A program made the position numbers and the translations under genes. Under the pieces are notes generated by a model. It saw only the letters and a program-made list of their open reading frames with translations. It was not told the DNA's origin and did not search any database. Positions 29,115 to 38,340 of a stretch of 53,393 bases of DNA are shown piece by piece. Numbering within the stretch: the stretch's first letter is position 1; the number at the start of each line of letters is the position of its first letter. This DNA comes from an uncultured Acidimicrobiaceae bacterium (GTDB lineage: Bacteria; Actinomycetota; Acidimicrobiia; Acidimicrobiales; Poriferisodalaceae): positions 1 to 53,393 of the forward strand of contig CAJWBN010000001.1 of NCBI GenBank assembly GCA_913020735.1, read 5' to 3'.

Positions 29115-31541
29115 ATGGCTGATGCCATTTCCGTATCGGGACCAATTTCTGGTACCGACAAAACCCTTTCATTTGAGACTGGCAAATTAGCTGGGCTTTC
29201 AAATGGAGCTGTTACAGCAAGAATAGGTTCCACGCAGGTTTTAGTAACTGCGACAGCATCGAGTAAACCTCGTGACGGCGCTGATTTCTTTCCTCTGACA
29301 GTAGATATTGAAGAACGAATGTATGCAGCGGGACGTATTCCCGGTTCTTTCTTTCGCCGAGAGGGACGCGCTTCAGATGATGCCATCCTCGCTTGTCGAC
29401 TGATTGATCGACCATTGCGGCCTAATTTTCCAGCTGAATACCGCCACGAGACACATGTCGTTGGGACGATTCTCGGGATAGACGGTGAGAACCAGTACGA
29501 CGTGATTGCGCTCAATGGTGCATCAGCGGCGCTCTGGGTCAGTGGAATACCGTTCGAGAGCCCTGTAGCGGCTGTTCGTATTGCTTACAGCACGGATGGC
29601 TCTTGGATTCCATTCCCGACATACCAAGAAGGTGAAGAGTCAACGTTTGAAATGGTTGTTGCCGGTCGGCAACTTGACAATGGCGATATCGCCATCATGA
29701 TGGTTGAAGCCGGTGGGACCGAACGTGCTTTCGAGTACTACGACGATGGTGCCCCTAAGGTCACAGAAGAAGTACTGGCCGATGGCTTGGAAACTTCGAA
29801 GCAGTGGATTGATGATGTCATCGAGCTTCAAAAATCACTGCGAAGCCAGGTCGGAGACATTGACGAACTGCAATGGGTTAAGAGCGTTGACTACAGCGAC
29901 GAAATCATTGAAAGAGTTCGTTCTGTCGCAACTTCGCAATTGACCGAGGTAATGGCAATTAGCGACAAAGCAGAACGCGAATCTCGACAAGATGAAGTTA
30001 CTGCCGAGATACGGGCTCAACTTGAAGAAGAGTTCTCTGAAACTGCTGACGCGGCCAAACAAATTGGCGCCGCTGTCCGTTCAGTTTCAAAGGAAATTGT
30101 GCGCAGACGTATAGTGGAAGACGGTTTTCGTATCGATGGCCGGGCAACCAATGAGGTTCGACCACTATCAGCTGAGGTCGCTTATGTAGGCGAAACGGCA
30201 CACGGCTCAGGCCTGTTTCAACGTGGCGAAACGCAGGTGTTGAACGTCACAACTTTGGGTATGAGTCGAATGGAACAACTAATCGATACTCTCAACCCAA
30301 ATGATCGCAAGAGATACATGCATCACTACAACTTCCCGCCATTCTCCACTGGAGAAGCTGGATTTATGCGTGGCCCCAAGCGTAGAGAAATCGGTCACGG
30401 CGCTTTAGCTGAACGGGCTTTGCTTTCGGCTGTTCCATCAAAGGAGAAATTCCCGTACACCCTGAGATTGGTTTCAGATGTCTTGTCTTCCAATGGTTCG
30501 ACATCAATGGGTTCGGTCTGTGCATCTTCGCTTTCGCTGATGGATGCTGGCGTGCCAATCCGGAGTCATGTTTCGGGTATCGCCATGGGCTTGGTTCACG
30601 CCGAAGGCAAGTATGTGACGCTTACAGATATCTTGGGAGCGGAAGATGCTTTCGGTGATATGGACTTTAAAATCGCGGGAACAGAAGACGCGATAACTGC
30701 ACTCCAACTGGATACCAAAATTGAAGGCATACCGGCTGAAGTGTTAGCTCAAGCTCTTTCGCAAGCGCGAGAAGCCCGAATGCAAATACTTGCTGTGATG
30801 AATGAGGCAATCTCAGAACCACGATCTGATGTCGGCGGTAATGCTCCGAAAATCGTTAGCTTCGAGATCCCGATTGACAAAATTGGTGAAGTGATAGGGC
30901 CGAGAGGCAAAGTAATTAACACCATCCAAGAAGAAACAGGCGCAGATATCTCCGTTGATGATGATGGGACTGTTGGAGTTGTCAGTATTGGGTCACCCGA
31001 TCGTGACAAAGTTGTGGAGGCCGAAAGGCAAATTCGTTTGATCGTGAACCCGCCAACTGCCGATGTTGGTGCTGAGTATGAGGGTCGCGTCGTCAACATC
31101 ACGAAATTTGGAGCGTTTGTCAATATCTTGCCAGGTACCGATGGTTTGCTTCACATCAGCAAGCTTGGTGGGAATCGACGGCTCGATAAGGTCGAAGAAG
31201 TATTAAACGTAGGGGATTCGGTACAAGTCCTAGTTGATGACATCGACCCGAATGGGAAGCTTTCATTGTCAATGGTTGGGGATTCAGCGCCTCAGTCAGA
31301 CGCCGAAGCTTCAGAATCAACATCCGAAGCAGCTGATGAACCAGATACCGAAAGTGGTTCATCTCCGAAGAAAGAGACGGCAGAGGCATCTTCAAGTGAC
31401 GAAGATGATTCATCCAATGCTCGAGAGTATGTCTCTTTTGAGGAGCATTTCTCTGAGACAGCGAAAGATCTGTATGGAGATATGGGCCCCGAGCCTAAGG
31501 ATGACGGCCGAGGTCGTCGCCGTCGTCGTAATCGTCGGTAA
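29115..31541 (+). CDS. pnp: Polyribonucleotide nucleotidyltransferase (PNPase)
   Basis: FFPLTVD, RLIDRPLRP, RREIGHGALAERAL, SNGSTSMGSVC, GDMDFK, KH and S1 domains. Confidence 0.98.
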   Translation: MADAISVSGPISGTDKTLSFETGKLAGLSNGAVTARIGSTQVLVTATASSKPRDGADFFPLTVDIEERMYAAGRIPGSFFRREGRASDDAILACRLIDRPLRPNFPAEYRHETHVVGTILGIDGENQYDVIALNGASAALWVSGIPFESPVAAVRIAYSTDGSWIPFPTYQEGEESTFEMVVAGRQLDNGDIAIMMVEAGGTERAFEYYDDGAPKVTEEVLADGLETSKQWIDDVIELQKSLRSQVGDIDELQWVKSVDYSDEIIERVRSVATSQLTEVMAISDKAERESRQDEVTAEIRAQLEEEFSETADAAKQIGAAVRSVSKEIVRRRIVEDGFRIDGRATNEVRPLSAEVAYVGETAHGSGLFQRGETQVLNVTTLGMSRMEQLIDTLNPNDRKRYMHHYNFPPFSTGEAGFMRGPKRREIGHGALAERALLSAVPSKEKFPYTLRLVSDVLSSNGSTSMGSVCASSLSLMDAGVPIRSHVSGIAMGLVHAEGKYVTLTDILGAEDAFGDMDFKIAGTEDAITALQLDTKIEGIPAEVLAQALSQAREARMQILAVMNEAISEPRSDVGGNAPKIVSFEIPIDKIGEVIGPRGKVINTIQEETGADISVDDDGTVGVVSIGSPDRDKVVEAERQIRLIVNPPTADVGAEYEGRVVNITKFGAFVNILPGTDGLLHISKLGGNRRLDKVEEVLNVGDSVQVLVDDIDPNGKLSLSMVGDSAPQSDAEASESTSEAADEPDTESGSSPKKETAEASSSDEDDSSNAREYVSFEEHFSETAKDLYGDMGPEPKDDGRGRRRRRNRR

Positions 31542-31590
31542 CTCTATTTGGTGACCGAAATCTGTCATATTTGAAAATTGACATCTCAAC

Positions 31591-31635
31591 TGTGAGCCCT
31601 GTCCTCCACAATGGAGGCAGGGCTCACAATGTTTT
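31591..31635 (+). terminator. Strong hairpin after pnp, probable intrinsic terminator
   Basis: TGTGAGCCCTG-t-CCTCCA-caa-TGGAGG-CAGGGCTCACA (17 bp) followed by ATGTTTT. Confidence 0.7.
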
Positions 31636-31660
31636 GGGCCCTTGAGAAGGGACCGAATTT

Positions 31661-32428
31661 ATGCGTGTAGCAGTTACAGGTTCGGCGGGCCGCATGGGCT
31701 CAGCTGTTTGTGAAGCAGTTGTTGCCGACCGAGAATTGGATCTAGCCGCCGCAATCGATCCCTCTGCTCCGGGAGAGCAAGATCCGACGGACTCCGTCAA
31801 CATTGTCGCCTCATTAGATGACATCAGTTCAACTGACATTGATGTGCTGGTTGATTTCACTGTGGCGGATGCTGCAAGGGGAAATATTCAGTGGTGTGCG
31901 GAGAATGGAGTACACGCTGTAGTTGGGACTAGCGGCCTAACCGAAGATGACTTCTCGTTGTATCGAAAATTGTTTACTTCCAGCAACTGTCTCATTGCAC
32001 CGAATTTCGCAATTGGCGCCGTCCTTCTGATGAGGTTTGCTGAGATGGCGGCCCCATTTTTCCCAAGTGCGGAAATTATTGAACTCCATCACGATAAGAA
32101 AGTTGATGCTCCGTCGGGAACGGCCATGGAAACCCTGAGACGCATGGCTGAAGCCTCAGCGGACTGGGGATCAGATCCCACTGAGCACGAAAATCTTTCT
32201 GGGTCCAGAGGTGGAGTTGGGGATGGAGGGATTTCCGTCCACTCTGTTCGACTGAGGGGCCTCGTCGCTCATCAAGAAGTTTTGTTAGGAGCGGACGGAG
32301 AGACTCTAACTCTGCGTCACGACAGTCTGGACAGGTCATCTTTTATGGGTGGGATAACGCGTGCTTGCAGAGTTATTGCAGAACATCCTGGAGTCACCGT
32401 TGGTCTCGATACCTATTTAGGGATCTGA
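31661..32428 (+). CDS. dapB: 4-hydroxy-tetrahydrodipicolinate reductase
   Basis: GSAGRMG, VDFT, APNFAIG, ELHHDKKVDAPSGTA. Confidence 0.96.
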   Translation: MRVAVTGSAGRMGSAVCEAVVADRELDLAAAIDPSAPGEQDPTDSVNIVASLDDISSTDIDVLVDFTVADAARGNIQWCAENGVHAVVGTSGLTEDDFSLYRKLFTSSNCLIAPNFAIGAVLLMRFAEMAAPFFPSAEIIELHHDKKVDAPSGTAMETLRRMAEASADWGSDPTEHENLSGSRGGVGDGGISVHSVRLRGLVAHQEVLLGADGETLTLRHDSLDRSSFMGGITRACRVIAEHPGVTVGLDTYLGI

Positions 32429-32431
32429 GCG

Positions 32432-33280
32432 TTGGCCGTACAAGCGATAGTCGTAGGAAGCCTTAATTACGACATCACCGTGTGGGTTCCTAGGCGACCT
32501 GAAGGTGATGAAACCCTTCACGGCGACAGGTGCGAAGAAAACGGTGGAGGCAAAGGAGCCAATCAAGCGATCGCGGCGGCCCGTTTGGGGGCAGAAGTGG
32601 TGATGGTCGGATGTGTGGGTTCCGATAGCCGCGGTGATTATCTTGTTGCTCAGTTAGATGCTGCAGGTGTGAACCGAAAACATGTTTATCGGGCATCTGA
32701 CTCAACCGGGACTGCGTTAATAACTATTGATCCGGAAGATGTTTCAATAGTTGTAATTGCTGGAGCCAATCGTGAGCTTGATTCGGCCAAAGTGGAGCTG
32801 GCCATGGCCGAAATCTCCAGAGCCGATGTTTTGCTTTTGCAAGGTGAGGTGGCCGCCGACGCTGCTAGAACTGCCGCGGTGTTGGCCGCAGCGTCGTCGG
32901 TCAAGGTGGTCTTTAATCCTGCGCCATTCAACGAAGTAGTCCCAGCGGTTCTGCCGCTTGCTGACGTTGTCATAGTGAATCGTCATGAAGCTGAACAGTT
33001 GGGAGATGTTGACGTTCCGGTACTTGTCACGACCCTCGGCGCACAGGGGTGTGAGGTGAAAGTGGGCTCGGAGATCACCATGATCGAGGCCCCTATAGTT
33101 GAGGTAGCTGACCCAACTGGTGCCGGTGATGCTTTTGTAGGTGCCTTCTCGGTTGCGTATGTCGATACGGGGGACCCTGTTGCTGCCGCATTAATCGCCG
33201 TCCGCGCCGGAGCGGCTGCTGTGAGCTCTGTTGGTGCTCAGCCGAGTATGCCTACCTGGGAACAGATTGACGGTGTTTAA
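32432..33280 (+). CDS. rbsK: Ribokinase / PfkB-family carbohydrate kinase
   Basis: VGSLNYD, GGKGANQAIAAARLG, DPTGAGDAF. Confidence 0.8.
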   Translation: MAVQAIVVGSLNYDITVWVPRRPEGDETLHGDRCEENGGGKGANQAIAAARLGAEVVMVGCVGSDSRGDYLVAQLDAAGVNRKHVYRASDSTGTALITIDPEDVSIVVIAGANRELDSAKVELAMAEISRADVLLLQGEVAADAARTAAVLAAASSVKVVFNPAPFNEVVPAVLPLADVVIVNRHEAEQLGDVDVPVLVTTLGAQGCEVKVGSEITMIEAPIVEVADPTGAGDAFVGAFSVAYVDTGDPVAAALIAVRAGAAAVSSVGAQPSMPTWEQIDGV

Positions 33281-33286
33281 CTCGGC

Positions 33287-33937
33287 TTACGATTCGGTTG
33301 CGTTATTCATACGACGTCGAGTTTGAAGCGCTACAAGAAGAACCATTGCGAATGTAAAGGGCAACGAAAATCGACCGATAAATCTGACGGCTGTCCCAAC
33401 CGGTCCGTTGAAAACTGAGCTCACCCAATAAATGAGCCATAGTCGGCAGAAAGTCCCAGCCAAGTTGACGAGCACGAACGGCAATCGTTTCATTCTGGTA
33501 ATACCGGCCAATAGGCACATGGGATAACCAGGGATAAGAAACAGCATTATCCAGCCGACACGCGGAAACCAGCGTTCCAAAGCGGTGATGCTGCGGAGTA
33601 TTCCGCTTTCAGAACCTAATTCGTTGCTTAGGTAACTCTTTGTTGCTGGTCCAAATTCCCATCCGAGCTGGTGGAGGAACAAATCGGGTGCAAACAACCG
33701 AATGGAACCTACGATTAGAAAAGCGGTTGCTGATGACTGATTCGCGGCTAACAGCAACATTGGATCCGTAGCGTTTAGAGAGATCAAAACCAGAGGTTGG
33801 GAACTAAGTAAGGAACTGGTGAGTATTTGCCCGAGGTATGCCGCAAGTGCCAGGACGACAGGGATAGCAGCAAGTCGTTTAGCTCTTTGTCGGTCTCGGA
33901 GACTCAATTGGCTGTTGGGGCGTTCAGGTTCAGTCAT
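33287..33937 (-). CDS. Membrane protein, DedA/VTT-like
   Basis: Several hydrophobic helices; PGYPMCLLAGITRMKRLPFVLVNLAG resembles the DedA core. Confidence 0.55.
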   Translation of the reverse strand: MTEPERPNSQLSLRDRQRAKRLAAIPVVLALAAYLGQILTSSLLSSQPLVLISLNATDPMLLLAANQSSATAFLIVGSIRLFAPDLFLHQLGWEFGPATKSYLSNELGSESGILRSITALERWFPRVGWIMLFLIPGYPMCLLAGITRMKRLPFVLVNLAGTFCRLWLIYWVSSVFNGPVGTAVRFIGRFSLPFTFAMVLLVALQTRRRMNNATES

Positions 33938-33998
33938 TTCTAACTTTCACCCTAGGTGGATGTGGTCCTAAGCGAACTCTTCTCCTACGATTTGAGTC

Positions 33999-35612
33999 AT
34001 GCAGTCGACAATGATGGATACCCCCCTAACTCTTGATTTCTTTTTCCGACGAGCGGAAAGCCTGTTTCCCCACAAAGAACTGGTAACCGCGACAGCGACA
34101 GGGATTGAGAGAAGCACTTATGGACAGTGGGCTGATCGCGCACGTCGCCTCGGAGGTGCGTTGGATGACCTTGGAGTAGCTGACTATGGAAGGGTGGGAA
34201 CTTTTGCTTGGAACACTGCTCGTCATCTTGAACTTTATTTTGCGGTGCCGTGCACAAACAGAGTTCTTCATACTTTGAACATCAGACTGTTCGCTGATCA
34301 GATGGTCTATATAGCCAATCACGCCGAAGATGAAGTTATTTTCGTGGATCGCTCGCTTATGGCTCTGTTGTGGCCTTTGGTTGACCAGCTCGAGACTGTT
34401 AGGCATTTGATCGTCATGGACGATGGGGAGGGCGAGATTCCTGATGACTCCCGAGTGCTTGATTACGAGGAATTAATTTCATCGGCTTCACCGGTCAAGT
34501 TTGAAGTCAAGGATGAGAGACAGGCCGCATCGATGTGTTACACGAGTGGTACCACGGGTAACCCCAAAGGGGTTGTGTACAGCCACCGTTCCACCTATAT
34601 GCACACGATTACCACCATGACCGCTGACGGTTTGGGCGTTTGTGAATCTGATGTGATCTTGCCGGTTGTTCCGATGTTCCACGTCAACTCTTGGGGCTTG
34701 CAACATGCAGCAGTTGCAGCAGGAGCGACCCTTGTGAATCCGGGCCCTAAATTACAGCCGGAACCAATAGCGGATCTAATGGAATCTGAAAAAGTAACCA
34801 TTGCGGCAGGCGTGCCAACCATATGGATGGGGGTCCTAGAACAACTAGATGGCCGAGATGTCTCAAGTTTGAGAGCGATTCCTTGTGGCGGATCAGCCGT
34901 GCCGAAATCCCTTTCGGAGGGATACCGGGAAAAGATTGGATTACCGATACTTCAGGCTTGGGGTATGACTGAGACAAGCCCTCTTGCCGCAATAGCTCAT
35001 GTCAAATCAGCTGAAGCGGATTTGGATGAAGAAACTAAAGCTGACATTAGGGCTTCGGTAGGAACCATTGTGCCGACTGTTGAATTTCGAATCTGTGAAC
35101 CGGATTCTGTAGACGAGCTTCCTTGGGATGGAGAATCGAGTGGAGAATTACAGGTTCGAGGATCCTTTATAACCGCCGAATATTACAAACGGCCTGATGC
35201 CTCAGACTCCTTTACGGACGATGGTTGGTTGCGAACGGGCGATGTCGCGACCTGTGATGAACGCGGCTATATACGTCTTGTCGATCGCACCAAAGACCTC
35301 ATTAAGTCAGGGGGGGAGTGGGTTAGCTCAGTAGAAGTAGAGAATGAGATTATGAGTCACCCTAAAGTTTCTGAAGCGGCTGTGATAGCGGTTACTTCCG
35401 AGAAATGGATGGAAAGGCCGATGGCATGCGTGGTGTTAAAGGATGGAGAATCGTTAACCCACGAAGAGTTGATCGAGTATCTGACACCGCGAATGGCGAA
35501 GTGGTGGCTTCCGAGCGCCACTCAAATTATTGATGAAGTGCCCAAGACCTCTACTGGCAAGTTTTCAAAACGGACTCTCCGCGATGCATTCGCGGATTTA
35601 GTTGTTGAGTAA
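33999..35612 (+). CDS. Medium/long-chain fatty acid-CoA ligase (AlkK/DmdB-like adenylate-forming enzyme)
   Basis: YTSGTTGNPKG, VVPMFH, WGMTE, WLRTGD, DRTKDLIKSGGEW, PKTSTGK. Confidence 0.9.
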   Translation: MQSTMMDTPLTLDFFFRRAESLFPHKELVTATATGIERSTYGQWADRARRLGGALDDLGVADYGRVGTFAWNTARHLELYFAVPCTNRVLHTLNIRLFADQMVYIANHAEDEVIFVDRSLMALLWPLVDQLETVRHLIVMDDGEGEIPDDSRVLDYEELISSASPVKFEVKDERQAASMCYTSGTTGNPKGVVYSHRSTYMHTITTMTADGLGVCESDVILPVVPMFHVNSWGLQHAAVAAGATLVNPGPKLQPEPIADLMESEKVTIAAGVPTIWMGVLEQLDGRDVSSLRAIPCGGSAVPKSLSEGYREKIGLPILQAWGMTETSPLAAIAHVKSAEADLDEETKADIRASVGTIVPTVEFRICEPDSVDELPWDGESSGELQVRGSFITAEYYKRPDASDSFTDDGWLRTGDVATCDERGYIRLVDRTKDLIKSGGEWVSSVEVENEIMSHPKVSEAAVIAVTSEKWMERPMACVVLKDGESLTHEELIEYLTPRMAKWWLPSATQIIDEVPKTSTGKFSKRTLRDAFADLVVE

Positions 35613-35630
35613 GAGCTAGAACTCAGCCAG

Positions 35631-36488
35631 GTGAATAGACGGTCTGCAGTAGTCACCGGGGCGAGTACCGGAGTCGGATACGCCACAGTGAGGCGGCTTT
35701 CTAGCAGCGGTTGGGAAGTTTGGGGAGGCACGCGATCTGAAAACGACGCGTTGAGAATAGAGCGACACGCTGGTGTGTCGTCTCTGCGAATCGAAGTGAC
35801 CGACGAATGTTCAGTCAAAAGGGCCTTCGAAGAGGTTGTTACTAGACGAGGGTCTTTGGGGTTAGATCTATTGGTCGTCAACGCTGGAATTGTTGTTGGC
35901 GGACCGCTGGAATACGTCTCGCAGAGTGCTTGGAAGCAGCAACTAGAAGTCAACGTTATTGGCGTTGCGCTTTCTATTCGTTATGCGTTGCCTCTTCTGC
36001 GGGTTTGCGATCAATCGCGGATCGTCGTGGTGGGATCAATTAACTCACGAATCGGGCTTCCGCTGCTGAGCCCGTACGCGGCGAGTAAACACGCTCTGGT
36101 GGGGCTCTTATCTTCTTTGCGAGGAGAGTTGGGACCCGATGGTCCTCGGATCACGTTGATAGAGCCGGGCGCAATTCATACTCCTTTGTGGGAAAAGGTT
36201 GCGCAGATGTCCCAGCAAGTAGATGAAGATCTTTCTCCTGAAGCACGTCAGTTATATGGACGCTTTTCGGAGCAAGCCGTTCAGAATACGGCCGAAGTAA
36301 AACGAAACGGTCTTGAGCCCTCTCGAGTAGCGGATGTTATTGAGAAGTGTGCGAATCGTCGATACCCACCAAGGCGTCGACTGATTGGACGTGACGCACG
36401 AATGGGTGCAATGTTAAAAATCTTTTTACCAGGGAAGTTGTTCGACTTTCTTGTTCGAAGATCTCGGTCTGTTAGAATCTCGACTTAA
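35631..36488 (+). CDS. Short-chain dehydrogenase/reductase
   Basis: TGASTGVG, NAG, YAASK, IEPG. Confidence 0.9.
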   Translation: MNRRSAVVTGASTGVGYATVRRLSSSGWEVWGGTRSENDALRIERHAGVSSLRIEVTDECSVKRAFEEVVTRRGSLGLDLLVVNAGIVVGGPLEYVSQSAWKQQLEVNVIGVALSIRYALPLLRVCDQSRIVVVGSINSRIGLPLLSPYAASKHALVGLLSSLRGELGPDGPRITLIEPGAIHTPLWEKVAQMSQQVDEDLSPEARQLYGRFSEQAVQNTAEVKRNGLEPSRVADVIEKCANRRYPPRRRLIGRDARMGAMLKIFLPGKLFDFLVRRSRSVRIST

Positions 36489-36505
36489 GTTACTGGCGGG
36501 TAACT
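36470..36505 (+). promoter_or_regulatory. Extended -10 promoter (TGtTAGAAT) plus palindromic operator AGTTAC-N6-GTAACT
   Basis: -10 at 36473-78; perfect 6-bp inverted arms at 36488-93 and 36500-05, upstream of the AGGAG RBS of the diiron gene. Confidence 0.6.
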
Positions 36506-36535
36506 CTCGGGAATAGTTGAGGGTAGGAGTTTCGT

Positions 36536-37660
36536 ATGTCAACGGTGGAAGAATTAATCGGTCGTACCGATCCGAACGATTTCGAGGCGGTTTTGGCGAT
36601 GACCAATACCGACCCCAACGAAGTTATCCACGCAGTGCAGGACAATGCAGAATGTATTTACTCCTGGGACTACGAAAAAGGAGTTCGACCTCAGCTAGCG
36701 AAGCTTTACGAGAAGGCAAAGGTCGGGCAATGGAATGGCGAAACTGACCTGCCATGGGAGACCGAGGTTGACCAGGAAGCATTAGCAGTTCAAGAATACG
36801 AGAAGACTGGTGGGGCCGGAGAGGTTATGGATCTCTCGGGAACCGGGGTTGAGTCATGGGGTCGCGACGAATGGGTTAAATTCAACATGGAGTCGCAGAA
36901 CTGGGCACTAAGCCAGTTCATGCATGGCGAACAAGGCGCCTTAGTATGCACCGCGAAAATTGTTGAGACTGTGCCATGGATGGATGCGAAATATTACGCA
37001 TCTACCCAAGTTGTCGATGAAGCACGTCACGTGGAGGTCTTTGCAAAGTATCTCGATACAAAGTTGTCAGATACCTATCCCATAAACGTTCACTTGCGGA
37101 TGTTGCTAGATGAGATCATCGAAGATTCTCGTTGGGATATGACGTACCTAGGAATGCAGATCATGGTCGAAGGCCTTGCCCTTGCTGCCTTTGGATTCAT
37201 GTATCAGCAGAGCGAAGAGCCTCTCCTAAAGCAGTTGCTGCGATATGTGATGAGTGACGAGGCTCGTCATGTGGCCTTCGGAGTGCTCTCTTTAAAAGAG
37301 GTATACCAAGACATGACGCAAGCAGAACTGCGAGAACGCCAAGAATTTGCGTTCGAAGCAGCGGTTCGCATGCGTGACAGATTTTTGCAACAAGAAGTGT
37401 GGGAACGCATGGGTGCTGACGTTAAGAAAGTAATTCCGTTGGCTTACCAAGATCCGCTTCGCCAGGAGTTTCAGCAGCTTCTCTTCACCAAAATTGTTCC
37501 GAACTGCAGGAAACTTGGGCTACTCGATGCGGGTGATGGTTGGCTTCGAAAGAAGTTTGGAGAAATTGGTGTCATCCAGTACGAAAATTGGGTCGACATA
37601 TCGGAGGAAGTAGATGCGTTCGCCATTACCCGAGAGCTTGAAGGTGAAGAGGCGAGCTAA
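36536..37660 (+). CDS. Ferritin-like diiron-carboxylate protein (AurF-like superfamily)
   Basis: Ligand pattern HGEQGAL...DEARH...VEGLA...DEARH. Confidence 0.85.
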   Translation: MSTVEELIGRTDPNDFEAVLAMTNTDPNEVIHAVQDNAECIYSWDYEKGVRPQLAKLYEKAKVGQWNGETDLPWETEVDQEALAVQEYEKTGGAGEVMDLSGTGVESWGRDEWVKFNMESQNWALSQFMHGEQGALVCTAKIVETVPWMDAKYYASTQVVDEARHVEVFAKYLDTKLSDTYPINVHLRMLLDEIIEDSRWDMTYLGMQIMVEGLALAAFGFMYQQSEEPLLKQLLRYVMSDEARHVAFGVLSLKEVYQDMTQAELRERQEFAFEAAVRMRDRFLQQEVWERMGADVKKVIPLAYQDPLRQEFQQLLFTKIVPNCRKLGLLDAGDGWLRKKFGEIGVIQYENWVDISEEVDAFAITRELEGEEAS

Positions 37661-37680
37661 GTCGAATTCAAACGCTACAG

Positions 37681-38322
37681 ATGTCCTATCGTTCAGCTCC
37701 AGAAGTTCTTGTGACCCTTGCCCTTCGTTTGAAAGGCTTTGGTGAGGTTGAGAGCATCTCATCGGTGCATGAACTTTCCCTAACGACAACTGAGGCAGTT
37801 CTTGCTGAAATGGTTACCGCAAACAAATGCGTGATGCGGCAAGTTGAGGGCGTAGAGAAGTTTGTTTTAACTCCAATGGGGCGCGAGGAAGGGGAAGAAT
37901 TCCTAGCTCGTGAGCTCGAAGAGGCCGGTGTTCGAGATGTCGTTCGAAGTGGATATGAAAGGTTTCTCGCCCTGAATCCAACCATGCTGCAATTGTGCAC
38001 TGATTGGCAAGTAATTGATAATGGGTCAGGAGACCAAAAACTTAATGACCACGGCGATGCTGCGTACGACAAAGAAATTTTGGACCGATTAATCGAACTA
38101 GACACTGAAGTTGGAGAAATTCTCCAAACTTTGGAACTCGTTCTGAAGCGATTTGATAACTACTCTTCACGCTTCACTTTTGCGTTGCAGAAACTGCAGT
38201 CTGGAGAGTTGGAATGGTTGACCAAGCCGATTATGCCGAGCTATCACACAGTGTGGTTTGAGCTCCATGAGGACTTACTCGCGACCCTAGGAATTGATAG
38301 AGCGAGTGAGTTGAGCGAATAA
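37681..38322 (+). CDS. Conserved actinobacterial protein with wHTH-like N-terminus (Rv1126c-like)
   Basis: LTPMGRE wing motif, CTDWQ, C-terminal SYHTVWFELHEDLL (family recalled, not searched). Confidence 0.6.
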   Translation: MSYRSAPEVLVTLALRLKGFGEVESISSVHELSLTTTEAVLAEMVTANKCVMRQVEGVEKFVLTPMGREEGEEFLARELEEAGVRDVVRSGYERFLALNPTMLQLCTDWQVIDNGSGDQKLNDHGDAAYDKEILDRLIELDTEVGEILQTLELVLKRFDNYSSRFTFALQKLQSGELEWLTKPIMPSYHTVWFELHEDLLATLGIDRASELSE

Positions 38323-38340
38323 AGGACTACCCTCGGATTT

